Source of the DNA: Hydrurus foetidus | Lineage: Eukaryota | Direction: 5' to 3' | DNA: 64,000 bases | Assembly: GCA_900617105.1 (NCBI GenBank) | Contig: UYFQ01000349.1 | Location: 62,001 to 126,000, forward strand | In this document: positions 14,249 to 26,486 of the stretch, piece by piece | Layout: every line of letters starts with the position of its first letter | Numbering within the stretch: the stretch's first letter is position 1 | Position numbers and translations under genes: made by a program | The notes under the pieces: model-generated | The model's input: the letters and a program-made list of their open reading frames with translations, nothing else | The model's database searches: none | Told to the model about the DNA's origin: nothing

Positions 14249-14878
14249 ATGACGCGGCCCCACGCCTCCCTAGACAGTTCATCGACGAGTTCACCCCTTT
14301 CATCAACCCAGCTGTTGCTGAATGCCATTCAAGTTAAGCCGCCCACAAAACAATCAACACCGACGATGATGCTTATGAACGCTATCAAACCAAAGTCGAG
14401 TCATGCCGCTGGACACAGCGCCACCTCCGCGACCACTTGTGGGTCCGACAAACCAGTAACCAATGCAACGAACGCCGAGGCATCATCGAAGGCGTTGAAG
14501 AGACTTCTCGTCATATCGACAGAAACAGCCCCAACGAGACTGTCTTTAACGCCGAACGCGACGAATACCGGGAGCCCCGCCTCGACTCCAGTGCGAACAA
14601 CCGTCAAGCAGAGCACAGCGGCTCCCGCGAAAAGTACCGCCGCCAAGCAACCCTCTGCTATCAACCAGAAGGAGAAAACAATTAAAATATGCAAGGAGCG
14701 AACAAAGAGCCGATCGAACTCCGAGGATGCAGACTTCTACGCCGGTTCAGCGATACTGAACTCTCCTAGTCCTCAAGCAATTCCACTACCCGACTTTGAC
14801 GAGAGTTACGACTTCTTTTCTACAGTCGAGAACTTACACTCAATGGAGGGTGAACGAAGACTTAGCTTAGTGAGATAA
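14249..14878 (+). CDS. PNRC/Edc1-like protein, copy B, intronless, 209 aa
   Basis: Same PNRC motif. The C-terminal ~144 aa differ from copy A at 3 residues; the N-terminus is homologous but diverged (PLSSTQLLLNAIQ shared). Confidence 0.75.
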   Translation: MTRPHASLDSSSTSSPLSSTQLLLNAIQVKPPTKQSTPTMMLMNAIKPKSSHAAGHSATSATTCGSDKPVTNATNAEASSKALKRLLVISTETAPTRLSLTPNATNTGSPASTPVRTTVKQSTAAPAKSTAAKQPSAINQKEKTIKICKERTKSRSNSEDADFYAGSAILNSPSPQAIPLPDFDESYDFFSTVENLHSMEGERRLSLVR

Positions 14879-16265
14879 AGTTTTACATCTAATATTCGTT
14901 TGAAGTAAACTCATAAGTCTGAGTGATACGATGCTAGCGGGACTTGATATCTCGTTCACGTCTGGTACTTAGATCAGTATTTATTTCTTTAAAAGTGTAG
15001 AACTACTTTCTTGACCAATTAGTGACGTCAATCCCTTCTTTCCTATACTACTTGGCATATCTAACTTTGCGGTCGAACTGTTATCAATATTTTTCGTAGA
15101 CAATCTTGCAGTTGCAGTTTCCGTCATGTCTTTTATGCCTACGTGTACTTCTCTCTCTTTTTAGTATCGCTTAGATACTGATAGCGATCCTCTATTTTCT
15201 CTCACTTTGCTCGTTCTGCTACCAGAATCTGCACTTATCACCTTACATAGCTTATTATTTACTTCTTGTAAGACACGTACATCGCCTGCCCCTTCACCCC
15301 CTCCCCTCCACCCTCATCACCAACTACAGTATCCACTGCTTTTTTAGTCTGCAAAGACACTTTTTAAAGTGGATGCTTCATGTAAAACATCTAATCAACC
15401 TCAACTTCTCCCACCTACTTTTCAACTTGGAGATGTTTTTCCGTCATTTCATTCATGAGATCCATCGCGTGAAACGACATTTACGACAGATAACTCAACT
15501 CGAAAAACGTTCATGTAGAGGACCACAAACTGCATCGTGCTCTATGAGACAATTGAACCACGACGGAGTCTTTATCTGCATAATAACATTCAAAGCGACA
15601 TATTATGTCGGTGCCAAATTACTGACACGGCGAAGGATAGCCACATCGTTGCAGATACGTACTGATTGACATCCTCAAGCCTCAAGCTCATGTTGACTAA
15701 TGCATTCTGTACTGCATACTGTAATATTTAGTATATGGTAACAGAGGCATATTAGCTACAATTCACGGGAATGCTGTAACATTTTCCCTTCCAATTATTT
15801 TATGGTAAGGTTCGAAATTTACCTTAAACTACCCCTGCTTGTGGGAGACATATTTCTATATGGGAAACTTTTTAGTGTGTTCCCGTAGATTGTGTAGTAG
15901 CCAAGGCATGAGGAATGAGGACCATCACATACGCATATAATAGCCGGATTTCGTACATCGCTGGATTACATACACATATCTGTAGGAAATTCCGTGTGAA
16001 CGATTTTTTGCATGACCCAACGACCAGCCCCCAACGTCACGGAACTCACAACCCAACACCCACAAGTTGTGTCCACTTGTCCACTTCACTCTTTCTAAAC
16101 TGGACACACTGACCTGTCCAATCAACAAATAAATTACGGAGCAGCCGATTGCGGGCCATCCGTGATGACATTGCCATAGAGTGCCGCATACCTATTTTGA
16201 TTTTTGTCTGTAATCTGGTTCTTTCAGCGAAACACTTTCATCAAACCCGGTAAACTTTCTGCAAA

Positions 16266-17313
16266 ATGAAAATTCCTCTCTTCCAGTACATTACTACCCT
16301 CTCAATGGTGTTCGGTGGTGGGAAAGCGAGCAAGAGTGTATCTGGTAATGCTCTTGGTAAAACGCGAATACTATCTGAGATCAGAGATATTTACAGAAAC
16401 AAGATTTCCATTGATCAACCGTTCAACTTAACAAACGACGAAATCGGGATAAGGTTAAGCCCAATGAAGGGGAATCTACTAGAATTTCACTTCTCATTCA
16501 CAGGAATAGAAGGATCATCGTATGATGGTGGAATTTATCATGGAAGAATATTGCTTCATCCTGACTATCCGCGTAAAGCTCCAGCCATATCAGTTCTAAC
16601 TCCTACAGGAAGATGGGAATGCGGCAAAGACATATGCTTATCAGGTACGTTTCGATATTATTGTTCTCACAAAATCACTGATATTTCTCACGATCTCGCC
16701 TGATTGAAGTCGATTTAAACTTACGCACAACTTCCAAATTATTCCAACCATTTTAAATCCATTTGATCCCATAGCTACAGCTCATCATCAAGAGACCTGG
16801 GACCCAAACTGGAATCTGAGAACATTAGTAATGGCGCTACGAGGACATATACTGACACAGCCGAGAGAAATTGGAGGAATTCTAACCACATCCGAGCATC
16901 AGCAAAAACTGGCAACACTTAGCAGGGAATGGCGATGTCCTACTTGTGGTATCGATCATGCTCGGTTAGTACCCGGGGCTGGGGCATACCGAATAGAACC
17001 ACACCTCCTTGGGGACAAAAGCAAGTATAAAGGATTCAGTATAGATATAGGTCCAGACGGGACTGTTGACATGGATGCTCTGCTCTCATTAGCTGAGAGT
17101 GAAAACATGAAAGAACTGAAATTAATGACGAAAAGATTTCACAGAGTTAAGCTTGCCAAAATAGTGCGTCAGAAAAAACAGCGATTGCAAATACTTCGCA
17201 GGCTGGTGTGGAGTATCTTCGTTGGATTCGCAGTATTTTATTTTCAATTTTGGTCACTCACATCCCGAAATTTGGCAGAAAAAGCCTTCGATCCAAAAAC
17301 TGCTGCTTGGTGA
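16266..17313 (+). CDS. UBC6: Ubiquitin-conjugating enzyme E2 of the Ubc6/UBE2J family, C-terminal TM anchor; 2 exons (16266-16644, 16775-17313)
   Basis: EFHFSFTG, YDGGIYHGRILLHPDYPRKAP, TPTGRW. The spliced active site reads ICLSATAHHQETWDPNWNLRTL. C-terminal hydrophobic helix LVWSIFVGFAVFYFQFW. Confidence 0.9.
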
Positions 17314-18349
17314 AACCAAATAAATTAGGATGAAAAGTAATTTGGAGATATTTGTATTACTGTAATGTGTACTATTTGAGAATGTGTATTATAATTTTGT
17401 ATCGCTGGTCCAACCCCCTTTTTTTACTGCGGATTTAAAATTAATCGCTGAATAAAGTTTCGAAGTCCACCTTTTCAACATTCCCAACATCTGTGCATGC
17501 GTCTGCTGCTGCCGTCATTGATGACTGGGATGGTTTTTAAATGCACTCTAACGGCATTTTCTGCCGCAGACTATGCGAGTCAAATACATATCATATGACA
17601 TTCAACGACACTGAAATCTTGAGAGCGAAATATCTTTCAAAAAATAGTGTAACACTGTAGGTCTCAAAAGTCAATAAAATGAAAAAAAATTGGCCCAACT
17701 TTTATCTCGTTTAATGATAGTTAGATGCAAAAATTTACAAGGAGTTACTTCAAATTTATAGTATTATTAAATCTTCAGAGAGCACTCAAGAAGATTGGTA
17801 ATTCTAAGACTAAAATCAATTAATTGAAAATCAAGAAATAAAGCGTTCCGCGTATGTGTGTAGAACTCTTGAATCAAATAATCAAAACTACTGTTTACGG
17901 TGAGGCCCTGCGATACAAAATTTCGGGTATAATGCGAAATTTTCCAGAACCAATCCAGATTGAAATAATGCAAAAAAAAAAAACAGTGTGAAAAAAACGC
18001 AGTATATGTCCAGAGAGTAGATAGTATCAATAAAATATCGATATGATCCAAACAAAACTCTATGAGATGTAGTTAAATTAAGAAAAGTTTTACATATTTT
18101 TGTTCTAGGAACGTTCTTCCTTTGACAAATATTCTACCATCAAAAATGATCCGATTTCCAGTGTCTATTTCTTCACCAAATAGAATTCATCATACACTAC
18201 CAAATAAATTCCTACTTAGCCATAATGTACACATTCAATAAATATCAAATGATTAAAATACCTCTGATTGTATTCTCGTACAATGGACAGAACCCCTCAT
18301 ACCTCGTAAAGCAAATCTCCAAACTTTCCTAAAAAATATGCACAGATAC

Positions 18350-20086
18350 CTAGCGTACTATCTTAATCTTTTTTACCAATGTACTACTAGGTTGTAATAA
18401 TGTGTTGCTAGTATTGGCGACATGCCTGTGACACGTTAATGTCGTATTTATGTCGCATTTTTCTCCTTCATAACACATAGAAAAAGACAAATTTCTGCCA
18501 TTTACTGATTGAATCGATATCGGATCATGGCAACCCGCACTAAGAGTATCCGCATATATGCCATGGGATAGACATCTAGTCAGGGCGTGATCTGAGTGGT
18601 AACAGCTGTCAATCTGAGCCATCATATTGACGCATAAATCAATCACACGGATGGTCATAGTTGCACTCCTTATTGGATAAGCTCCATTTTTCATGTGTTC
18701 TTTCTCCGCTGGAATTCTTGACGCCACACAATCAGTGCACGGAGAATCCCACAATCTCAACACTTGATCTAAGACACCAAGATTAGTGGTTTGACTAGTT
18801 GTTCTGAATGCATCCGTATCGTTTCTTCTCTGACTATCTATTGAATGGGATGTCAATCTAGATAGAATTTCTCTTCCCATTAAATATCCAGCACCACCGT
18901 AATAAAAGCCTCTTGCTGTTATTTTCCTCATATCGCCATTTAGTTCTCCAATGACAACGTTCTCCGTCCTCATAGTTGTTTGTATATAAGAATTCAATAC
19001 TGAACCAGGATTGAAATATTTCATATTGACAAAAGTGTCATCGTCAACTACGAGTAAGAAATCTGGGTTGTATAGAGAGAGAACATGTGCTATTGCTCGA
19101 AGTGGACGCCGCTGTGCGCATGCCCAACCGGGTAAGGTGCTTTTCTTGTCAAGAATCGTGAAGGGCATGTCAACCATGTACTCAGATTGTCCCATTCTCT
19201 GTTTTATACTCCCACCACAAATATTACTCCCTGGCAGGCAAGGGTATGTTTCTTCGGTAGCTATCCAAGCTGCTATGTTATGCGATTGTCCATGCAGGCG
19301 GTAGTAATCGTTCCGAACTTTGGCCTGGTTCTCAGCCATGGAAAGTCGAGATACCGATGCCACCCAAATAATAACACCAAATAATGGTCTTCTTGGGAGT
19401 GATTTCGACAGAGAATAGTGCTGATGAAAATCTTGCCCATTTACAATGGTGGTGCTGGGAAAAGATGACGCGTTGTTCGTAGGTTTCGTTAGGGAGAAGG
19501 AATTCCAAGAGTTCCGCAGTGAAAGTATTTGTTCATCGCACTCCGCAAGTCTTTGCATCACTACTAGATGTAATAGCCCAGCTAATGAGGAAACATTGCC
19601 ATTGGGTTCATTAGTAACCGTTATGTTTAGACTGCATCTGGAGAATGTCCTCTGTGTTTGATGGGCTGAAGGCCGGAAAAATTGCGAGGGCACTATAACG
19701 ATGGGAACATCCTCACATATTCCAGGGCACCTTTCCTGCTGCAGAATGCGAATCGGCTTTTCGTCAACAATCGCGAGTAGCACGCTGCACAGCCTCAGGC
19801 TACCTGATCTTATTTTTCCATTATGAAGGTGGACTCTCCCAGAGACAAAACGGTAGTTCAAATTAAGACTTTTGGGAGAGTGTGCAGCAAAGACAGACTC
19901 TGCGGCAGTTGAGTTCCTAATACACAAAATCCGTTGACGACGGCTGTTTAACGGTAGTGCTGAGACTGTCACGTTGCGATCAATTGAGGATTCACAAGGA
20001 CACAAAGATTCTTGTGACCCTGAATCCTGTGCCCCAACAGCAATTAAAAATCCTGATAGGAGAAACTGACTGAGGAGCCATACCAT
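18350..20086 (-). CDS. Secretory-pathway glycosyltransferase, GT31/Fringe-like, intronless, 578 aa
   Basis: N-terminal signal peptide; FLLVVDDDTFVN (DxD motif), FYYGGAGYLMGRE, HSDHALTRCL. Confidence 0.8.
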   Translation of the reverse strand: MVWLLSQFLLSGFLIAVGAQDSGSQESLCPCESSIDRNVTVSALPLNSRRQRILCIRNSTAAESVFAAHSPKSLNLNYRFVSGRVHLHNGKIRSGSLRLCSVLLAIVDEKPIRILQQERCPGICEDVPIVIVPSQFFRPSAHQTQRTFSRCSLNITVTNEPNGNVSSLAGLLHLVVMQRLAECDEQILSLRNSWNSFSLTKPTNNASSFPSTTIVNGQDFHQHYSLSKSLPRRPLFGVIIWVASVSRLSMAENQAKVRNDYYRLHGQSHNIAAWIATEETYPCLPGSNICGGSIKQRMGQSEYMVDMPFTILDKKSTLPGWACAQRRPLRAIAHVLSLYNPDFLLVVDDDTFVNMKYFNPGSVLNSYIQTTMRTENVVIGELNGDMRKITARGFYYGGAGYLMGREILSRLTSHSIDSQRRNDTDAFRTTSQTTNLGVLDQVLRLWDSPCTDCVASRIPAEKEHMKNGAYPIRSATMTIRVIDLCVNMMAQIDSCYHSDHALTRCLSHGIYADTLSAGCHDPISIQSVNGRNLSFSMCYEGEKCDINTTLTCHRHVANTSNTLLQPSSTLVKKIKIVR

Positions 20087-20433
20087 AGCTCCTCGCGGGC
20101 AGTCCTCTAGTCTGTCGTCTGTCGTTGACTGGCGATTGGGCAGTCCTCATTCGAGTGTGGATTGGGGAACAAATTCTTCACAACTTCAGTAACCGGAGAC
20201 CGGAGACCCGGGAAACTTTTGACCGTCGTCCTTCCTTCGTGTTCTTCTTCTCCTTCTTCGTTCTGTCTGAAGGCTATGTTCCTTCTCCGTTTCCCACAAC
20301 CTAGCACATAGCATCCACACTCCACCTCACCAAAGGGTTGTGATCATACTACCAAGAAGCGCGTATATACTGTCACAATTGGAGCTGTTACATCAGTGCA
20401 TTAGAAACTCAGTTGCTCTGAAGTCTTACCATC

Positions 20434-23400
20434 ATGCTTAGACCGCGAGTTCATGGGAGGGTGTCAGGGTGGTCCCCAGCCACAATCCTTAAACACTTTT
20501 CCTCTCAGAGCTGGCTGTCTCCAAACTTACACAAAGCACCAACTCCTCCATGCCTGTGGAATCTTAGTGCAGGGCCTGATATAGATGGTCTTGACATCGA
20601 TGGCAATTCCGCTACAGAAAAGAGCATAGCTCTTCCTCAGATAGGAGATAACAGCCCTAAACTGACGAGCTTGTTCGGGATTCCGATAACTCGGAGACCA
20701 ATCTTTCCTGGTCTTATGTCAGCAGTCATGATACGAGACGAGAAAACTTGTTCAGCGCTGATCAAAAGTAACGAGTCTGGGATGAATTACCTTTCCGTCT
20801 TCCTACGATCTGATCCAAAAGGAGCTATAGTGGAAGTCCCTGAGCTTATCTCTTCTGCAGATCAAATTTATAAAGTGGGGACCTTCGTGCAAATCCAAAA
20901 TATGGTTCGAACTGACATCGGACTTCAGCTACTACTGATGGGACATCGTCGTATATCTCTCGAGGAAATATACAACTTCGGGCCTCCGCTTTTTGTCAGA
21001 GTCGATCATTGGCAGAAGCCTTTGTTTGTCCTTGAAAGTGCGTCTTTGAAGGCCTACAGAAACGAAGTCATACAGGCTGTCGGGTGAGTTCAATCGAAAA
21101 TAAAGCTCTGCATCACTGCTCTTGCTTCGGAATTTTTCTCCATTCCCTCACCGCCCATATCACTCTCGTGCTCTTTGTTTTGGCAGTGAACTTTTCAAAC
21201 TGAACCCGCAAGTGCAACAACACTACTCCGCCCAATGGCTTGCGACCATCAAAGCGTCAGACTCTCTTAAATTGGCCGACTTCGCAGCTGCCATCACAAC
21301 TGCTGACGCAGCCGAATTGCAATCTATTCTTGAAGGTACCCTTCGCACACACATCCACAATTTCGATCTCAGTAGAGCCAATTGATTTTGATTTGAACTG
21401 CAACTCATCCCACAGCTTCGGATCCCGAGGAGCGATTATCCATAGCTCTGGAACTCCTTACGAAAGAGAAGGAAGTAGCTAAACTTCAACGCGAGATAGC
21501 AAAGCAGGTCGAGGAGAAAATGGCTAAATCACAGCGGGAATATTTCTTGAGGGAGCAACTGAAGAGCATTAAAAAGGTAAGTCGCCCACAGCAATCCATA
21601 CTGTTACATTTTATTTCTGAAACGGTAACATCACTTTGAATAATTAGGAGCTGGGACTCGAGAAAGATGACAAAGATGACATGATCACTAAATATGCCCT
21701 AAAAATCGGCGAATTTGAGGAAAGGAAGGTCGATCAGAAAATCCTAACTGTCTTGAAAGATGAGATGCAGAAGCTTAGTAGCTTAGAAAGGAATTCTCCG
21801 GAGTTTAACGTCACTAGATCCTATTTAGATTGGTTGACATCTGTGCCTTGGAAAGTGCTTACTAAAGATAGGTGAGTGATAAAGCTGAAGCGACTAGCAC
21901 AAACATGAAATTTACAAATGTTAATCTTCTCCCGTGATATTCCTCGCAGTATAAAAGTCTCCAACTCAATCAATTTCACAGGCTGAATTTAAAAATTGCA
22001 CGAGCCACGCTTGACGAAGATCACTTTGGCTTGGACGAAATAAAGAAAAGAATTTTGGAATTCATCGCCGTAGGGAAGTTGAGAGGGACTGTAGCGGGAA
22101 AGATCATTTGTTTTGTTGGACCCCCCGGCGTAGGTGATGATATTCTCATTGAATAAATGCCACATTACACAATCGTGGCATATACTACGATGACCATCCT
22201 AGTAACCTATTTTTGTTTCAATGTTAATCGACAGGCAAAACCTCAATAGCGAAATCTATTGCGTCAGCTCTTGATAGGAAATTTTACCGCTTCTCAGTTG
22301 GAGGTAACTAACTAGTTCAGTATGAAAAACATGAATCGTCTTGGAAGTAGTTGACAGACGACGAGAACATTGGTATTCTTCCATCAAATGATGAATAAGC
22401 TTAAAAAAATTATAATATATAACATGAAAATGATAATTCTGAACGTATAAGGTCTCACGGACATCGCAGAAATCAAGGGACATAGACGTACCTACATAGG
22501 TAACCTCAATTCACTACCCTGCACTATACTGTACTGAAAACAGTATTAAGTCATGAATTAAATCATGTTCTATTTATGATCTCATAGGAGCAATGCCTGG
22601 CAAACCCATTCAGAGCTTGAAAACAACTGGATGCTCTAACCCCCTCATCCTTATTGACGAGGTCAGTAAATCTCACACAACTGATGCATTACGTGGTGAA
22701 CCCAACCCCTGACTCTCCACGACTTATCTGCCTCTGCATTAGTGCCGTCATTGCAACAGAGGAACTACTGTGACATTTTGACCCTCCAACTGCTCATATC
22801 CACGTATCCCACTTGTATGTCTCAGGTTGACAAGCTGGGTAGGGGATATAATGGCGACCCTGCGTCTGCACTCCTCGAGTTGCTCGATCCCAACCAGAAC
22901 GAAAGCTTTGTTGATCACTATCTTGATGTCGCTGGTAAGTGAATCACTTAGCATACCAATATGATATTCAATCTAACTCCGCAGAGAACAGTCTAAATCA
23001 AAACATGCGGACAAGTAACAAGCGTATCATCCACACCACTATCTCCTCTGTACCACTGCAGTCGACTTCAGTCAGGTTCTATTTGTCTGCACTGCTAACG
23101 ACGAGAGCACTATCCCTGGTCCACTGAGAGACAGGATGGAAATCATACGGCTGTCAGGCTACGACATCCCTGAGAAAGTTGCCATAGCAACTAGATACTT
23201 AGTTCCTAAAGCTCTCAAAGAGGCAGGTCTGCAAGACAACTCAGGTAAACACACTCAGCAACGATCTCAAGTCATCAGTTTTTTTGTAGGTAACTTTCGA
23301 TCCTCCGCTGCAATCCTACCTTTCTTCTTCACGCAGATATCTCTGTAGAAATTACTGATGACGCTTTAGACAAGCTCGTAAGGAATTACTGCAGAGAAAG

Positions 23401-24875
23401 TGGAGTGCGGTCACTAGAGAAACACATCGAAAAGATAGCCCGCAAGATTGCATATAACAGAGTAGAATCACAGGAGGAGACTAACAGCGCGACAGGAGAT
23501 AAAACAGATATTATTTCAAAGAGTGCAGAAGCAGTACTCTCTGAGAGAACTAATGCAGAAATATTCCGTGAGACACACAACGATAGCGTGACAGAAATAG
23601 GCCTGGACGAATTTGGAACCAGCAGTAGTGCCAAAGTGGAAGAACCAGTAGTTGTTACAGATGTGAAGAACGTTTCTGTTACCATCGAGAACTTGGAGAC
23701 ATACGTTGGAAAGGCTAAATTTAATCAGGACACAATATACGATAGTGCTGGCGAATCTCTTCCCCCTGGAGTCGTGATGGGTCTCGCATGGAATCCACTG
23801 GTAAGCAAAGCAGCAGATAAGAAAATCGACGAGAAGCATCAAGCGTCCTTACCATTAATTTTTACCATGTGTTCTCTTGAACCAAAGGGGGGCTGTCCTG
23901 TATTTATCGAAACTGCAGCAATCCCAGTAGCTCCTTCGGAAGGTGGTGGCAGTGTGAACATCATTACGGGACAGCTAGGCTCCGTGATGAAAGAAAGTGT
24001 TAACATCGCGTACACTTACGCACGTCAATTCGTCTCAACTAAGAGTCCAGACAATGTGTTTTTCAAAGGTGATCATCGCTGCTTGATTATTGCAAGAAGA
24101 GAACGCATTGTGTTCGGAACTTCATGTGTCCCTTCTTATGTCTCCTCTTATGTCTTGTGCCTTTTTCTCCAGGGCATCAACTGCATCTCCATGTACCTGA
24201 GGGCGCTGTAGAAAAGGATGGACCGTCCGCTGGTGTCGCTATGACCACATCTCTCATTAGTATAGCTACCAATAGATCACTTAGACCTCGGCTAGCCATG
24301 ACAGGTTCGTGAATGACTGTAATCCTGAATTGTACTACAGATCAGTACTGTTTTTGACATAAATTATCATGGATCGAAACTATTTCACACTGATTTAAAT
24401 TCTGGAATACTAATTCGATTATGTGAAATACTATTTTCTCTCAATCATCGACAGGAGAACTATCTCTCACCGGGAAAGTGTTACCAGTGGGGGGCATCAA
24501 AGAGAAAGTCTTAGCAGCAAGGAGATCGGGTGCAGACACTGTCATCCTGCCAACAGGATGCAAAGGAGACTTCGATGAACTGCCACAATATGTAAGATAA
24601 AAATGCCATCATTGTGTTAAGTTTAGAGCATCTTATAATTGATGTGACGGAGCGCACCTGTGAACTTTTCTTACTTGACTCCCTTAAATTTGTATCTATT
24701 CTTTACTTTTCAGGTCAAAGACTGTGTTACTGTACACTTCGTAAGCGACTACCATCAAGTATATGAATTAGCCTTCCCTCCCCGAGAAGAAGAAACAATA
24801 GTTCCGAATATCTCAGACCTGCTGATCCATGCAGCTACCATTGCTCCCGAAGTGACAGAAAAATCACATTGTTAA
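20434..24875 (+). CDS. LONP1: Mitochondrial ATP-dependent Lon protease, multi-exon (about 14 introns)
   Basis: N-domain RRPIFPG; spliced Walker [26 protein letters not shown]; Walker [24 protein letters not shown]; catalytic KDGPSAG and GGIKEK; Arg/Ser-rich presequence. Confidence 0.97.
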
Positions 24876-25951
24876 ATATACACACATAACCAGAAATAGT
24901 TGCAAGGACCTGCCCCTTCGCCGTTATTCAAATCTCAATCGCAGACAGATGTGATTAAAACCTTTTATATGCCCGCCTCTGATGATGGTCACTATCACCA
25001 CTTATTTCTATGATGAAAATACAACATAAGTGAAGGAGTCAGTATTTAAAAAAAATTCCATTTCAGTTCTCGGGCACTTTTGCTGCAACTAATTAAGAAA
25101 ATGCACTTGTAGTGTCGATGCATTTAGGTGTGACTGCCTATTTAATATCAATTTATTGCATCTGAATATGGAGAACAGGACAATTTCGACTAGCTTGATT
25201 GAGCGAAAGTCACTCTCTGTGATTGCAGTTTTCGCTGTTGAGTTATCTAGAGGGAAATGCAATGAAGACGGAATCTTTTGAAATTACAGCCCTAGTTGAG
25301 AGAACCGTCGCGTGAAAACATTTTGCCGAACATTCGGCACTTTCACTGATCAATGAATGGCGCCCGCGCAATACATAACATAATGCGACCCTACAAACCA
25401 AATCCTGGATAGTGATACCTAGAATGTTCGGAGACCGGATTTCGTAAGAATGATTTAAAAGACCATGAGATATATGATCCGCTGGAATGTGATCCCCAGA
25501 TCTGGGAAATCTGCCAAAGTTAACTAGGAGTAAGAGATGACCGTCCAAAGCATCACCTTTGCGAAACACCGAACCTTGAGGGGCATTGGTGAAGTTCTTA
25601 TTTGAAAATACAATAATATTGGACAACGGCTGACTGTGTTCGTGCAATCAATCTGCAAGCATAAGCAGAAAGATATTGAATACTGATCAAGATTTGCGGA
25701 ATTTCGATTTTTTAGGTGGTTAATTCATATCATACGAAGGAAATTAATTAAAATTGCTCCTTTATTCTTCAGAACTCGCCTGAGAAGATTGCGACTTCTC
25801 AATCATAGTGATCAGAAGCTGCGAGCACCACAACGACATAAAGATTGAGCAGCGGAGGAGTTCTTGTTGAGAGCCACCAGCGAGAGGTGACAGAAACAAA
25901 TTTTCCAAAGAACCGCGGTGATATCTTACAACTTTGAAGTAACTCTAAGGC

Positions 25952-26310
25952 ATGGACATTCCCCAGTGCCAGAAGCTGAAGGATTCATACGATGAATGCA
26001 GCAAAGATCTCGTTCCACAATTCTTCAAGGACTTTAATGTGAAGAATTTCTTTGCTTGTGATCACTTATTTCAGGTTAGGAGTTCTCAGACGACTCTGAA
26101 TATATGGTTACGATACCGATTGCCATATTACCTCGTGATGAAGTCTTCGACCACTAACTGAACTTAAATGATCTCACGACTTTACTGCGTTCAAAGGACT
26201 ACAAGGACTGCTATGACGTTGGTATCGTCGATAAGTTACGGGATATGAGGCTGATGAAGGAGAAGAGGGAGAAAGAGGCGAAGGAAAAAGAAGCGAATGC
26301 GAAGAAATGA
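25952..26310 (+). CDS. MDM35: Twin CX9C mitochondrial intermembrane-space protein, Mdm35/TRIAP1-like; exons 25952-26074 and 26197-26310
   Basis: Spliced sequence QC-QKLKDSYDE-C ... AC-DHLFQ|DYKD-C gives two CX9C motifs with the Mdm35-type CxxLKxxYDxC. Confidence 0.75.
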
Positions 26311-26486
26311 GTCCACTGACTTTTAACTATTCACATTACGACAAAGGCAGCATTCTGAGAACATGATAGATAATCGAGTTGATTCGTTACTAAAGCTTCA
26401 AGCATACAACATCAAACTAATAAATTATTATCGGACAGCTGTAGTGCGCTAAATTCTACATGAGCGAACTAATCTTAAAAAGTAGC

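Larger units (their letters stand above)
12851..15032. repeat. Large inverted repeat: arms 12851-13440 and 14443-15032 (590 bp each), spacer 13441-14442
   Basis: Manual reverse-complement alignment gave 7 mismatches and no indels. The arms include the CDS 3' halves and ~154 bp past the stop codons. Confidence 0.95.

Noticed and set aside
25243..25810. 134-aa minus-strand ORF between Lon and Mdm35
   Set aside because: TTG start, no convincing upstream exon in phase and no recognisable motif; cannot be supported
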